Of a stretch of 64,000 bases of DNA, positions 62,616 to 64,000 are shown piece after piece. This DNA comes from a virus. Taxonomy: Duplodnaviria; Heunggongvirae; Uroviricota; Caudoviricetes. The DNA is taken from the IMG/VR virus record IMGVR_UViG_3300029505_000002. The stretch is one strand, 5' to 3'. Each line of letters starts with the position of its first letter. The stretch's first letter is position 1. The notes under the pieces were generated by a model. The model was not told where the DNA came from, did not search any database, and was given only the letters and a program-made list of their open reading frames with translations. The translations under genes were made by a program, and so were the position numbers.

Positions 62616-64000
62616 ATGAAATCTAAAACATCTACATATACTATTGAATTTGAACTTATAACAACATTTCAAGATAGATACATTATCAATAAAAAAATGA
62701 AAGTTGCTAAATCTATTTATAACGCTTGTCTTAACGAATGCTTAAAAAGATTAAAAGCTGTAAAAGCAGATAAAGAATATCATACTCTTGTTAAAACGAA
62801 AAGCTCTAAACAAAGAAATAATCGTTTAAAAGAAATAGAACTTTGTTATAGATATTCTGAATATGATTTACATTCTTGGGTTAATCAAGTTAAACATCAT
62901 TTTGAAGGTCATCTTGGTATAAATGAGGTTCAAAAATTAGCTACCAGAGCATTTAAAACAGTTGAAAAATTTCATTACGGTAAAGCTAAAAAAGTATATT
63001 TTAAATCTTTTAAAGATGATATGCCTGTTGAAAATAAAAGTAACAAAACAGGTCTTAGAATTAAAGATTTAAAAATAATATGGGGTAATTTATCAATACC
63101 TTTTAAAGTTAAAAAGAATGATAAATATGCTCAATTAGCTCTACTTGACAAAACTAAATATGTACGTGTTTTAAAACGTGAAATAAGAGGAAAAGAAAGA
63201 TTCTTTGTCCAATTAATTCAAGAAGGTTTACCACCTAAAAAACATCAAATATCTACTGTTGAAAATCGTGTTGGTATTGATATAGGAACATCTACTGTTG
63301 CTGTTGTATCTGATAACGAAGTTTTTATGAATGAATTAGCAACTATCAAAACTCCTTATAAAAAATTAAGAAAGTTAGATAGAGCTATGGATAGATCAAG
63401 ACGTTCTACTAATCCTCAGAATTATAATGATAATGGTACTGTTAAAAAAGGATATAAAAAATGGAACTATTCTAACAGATACTTAAAGTTAAAATATAAA
63501 AGAAAAGAGTTGTTTAGAAAAATTGCTTCTATAAGGAAACAAAATCATGAACAAACTGCAAACTTTATTCTTTCTTTAGGATTAGATGTTCGTGTTGAAA
63601 CTATGAGATTCCAATCTTTACAAAAACGAGCTAAGAAAACAACTCGTAATAAAAAGAATGGAAAAATCAACAAGAAAAAACGTTTTGGTAAATCCATTGC
63701 TAATTATGCTCCAGCTATGTTACTTGAAATAATCAACAGAAAACTAAAGTATCAAAGTCTTGAGTTAAAAAAGATAGATACTTATGCTGTCTGTGCAAGT
63801 CAATTAAATCATACAACTGGAGAATGTACTAAAAAGTTCTTAGCAAACAGATGGAACAACATAGATGATAAACCTATTCAACGTGATTTATATTCAGCAT
63901 TTTTAATACAAAATACTACTAAAACATTAGATGTAGTAGATATTGATTTATGTAATTTAAAATTTGATAATTTTGTAAAACTACATGATATAGAAATACA
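62616..64000 (+). CDS. TnpB-like RuvC-domain protein (IS605 OrfB family), truncated by the window end
   Basis: AAGGAGGTGAGTAATCCT-ATG; RuvC-I-like VGIDIGTSTVAVV; basic Arg/Lys-rich middle; open to the window edge so absent from the ORF track. Confidence 0.55.
   Translation, partial: MKSKTSTYTIEFELITTFQDRYIINKKMKVAKSIYNACLNECLKRLKAVKADKEYHTLVKTKSSKQRNNRLKEIELCYRYSEYDLHSWVNQVKHHFEGHLGINEVQKLATRAFKTVEKFHYGKAKKVYFKSFKDDMPVENKSNKTGLRIKDLKIIWGNLSIPFKVKKNDKYAQLALLDKTKYVRVLKREIRGKERFFVQLIQEGLPPKKHQISTVENRVGIDIGTSTVAVVSDNEVFMNELATIKTPYKKLRKLDRAMDRSRRSTNPQNYNDNGTVKKGYKKWNYSNRYLKLKYKRKELFRKIASIRKQNHEQTANFILSLGLDVRVETMRFQSLQKRAKKTTRNKKNGKINKKKRFGKSIANYAPAMLLEIINRKLKYQSLELKKIDTYAVCASQLNHTTGECTKKFLANRWNNIDDKPIQRDLYSAFLIQNTTKTLDVVDIDLCNLKFDNFVKLHDIEI

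Noticed and set aside
1-64000. CRISPR array.
   Set aside because: No regularly spaced direct repeats of 25-40 bp with unique spacers were seen. The repeat structures present are iterons, palindromes and terminator hairpins.

Overview
This is an AT-rich (~27% GC), gene-dense window in which nearly all genes lie on the minus strand. The content is a mosaic. Most of it is a phage-like DNA replication, recombination and nucleotide-metabolism arm with no virion structural genes; at the right end sits a plasmid-type replication/partition block. The main components are listed below.

- **Replication genes.** A family-C (DnaE/PolC-like) DNA polymerase is split into two overlapping ORFs by a +1 frame change. 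There is also a T7 gp4-like primase-helicase, an HU-like DNA-binding protein, a compact UvrD-like SF1 helicase, an SF2 helicase and an MBL-fold hydrolase.
- **Recombination genes.** A RecA-like recombinase, a RuvC-like resolvase, a ParB-nuclease-domain protein and two candidate Cas4-like Fe-S nucleases.
- **Nucleotide metabolism.** A class II-like ribonucleotide reductase, dUTPase, a FolD-like folate enzyme and a guanylate-kinase-like kinase.
- **RNA repair.** An Rnl2-like RNA ligase plus a HAD phosphatase, and four tRNAs (Trp-CCA, Asn-GUU, Ser-GCU, Thr-GGU).
- **Other accessory genes.** An M15 peptidase and a Rha/KilAC antirepressor.
- **Plasmid-type block.** A Rep_3 initiator with upstream iterons at 10.5-bp periodicity, ParA, a ParB-like protein, a parS-like CACGTG palindrome and an RHH gene.
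- **Mobile and site-specific elements.** One complete TnpB (IS605 OrfB) gene with a candidate omega-RNA and right end, a second TnpB-like gene running off the window, and a small tyrosine recombinase with TATCGAC repeats upstream.
- **A vWA + MoxR-like AAA pair**, convergent with a LamG-like gene.
- **Paralogous small Cys-rich genes.** Seven tandem copies plus one pseudogene copy elsewhere.
- **An oriented GC-rich palindrome (TTCCGCATGCGGAA)** present five times at roughly 12-15 kb spacing.

The most economical reading is the replication/accessory arm of a large temperate phage or phage-plasmid of a low-GC host. All calls rest on motif recognition by eye; no database searches were possible.
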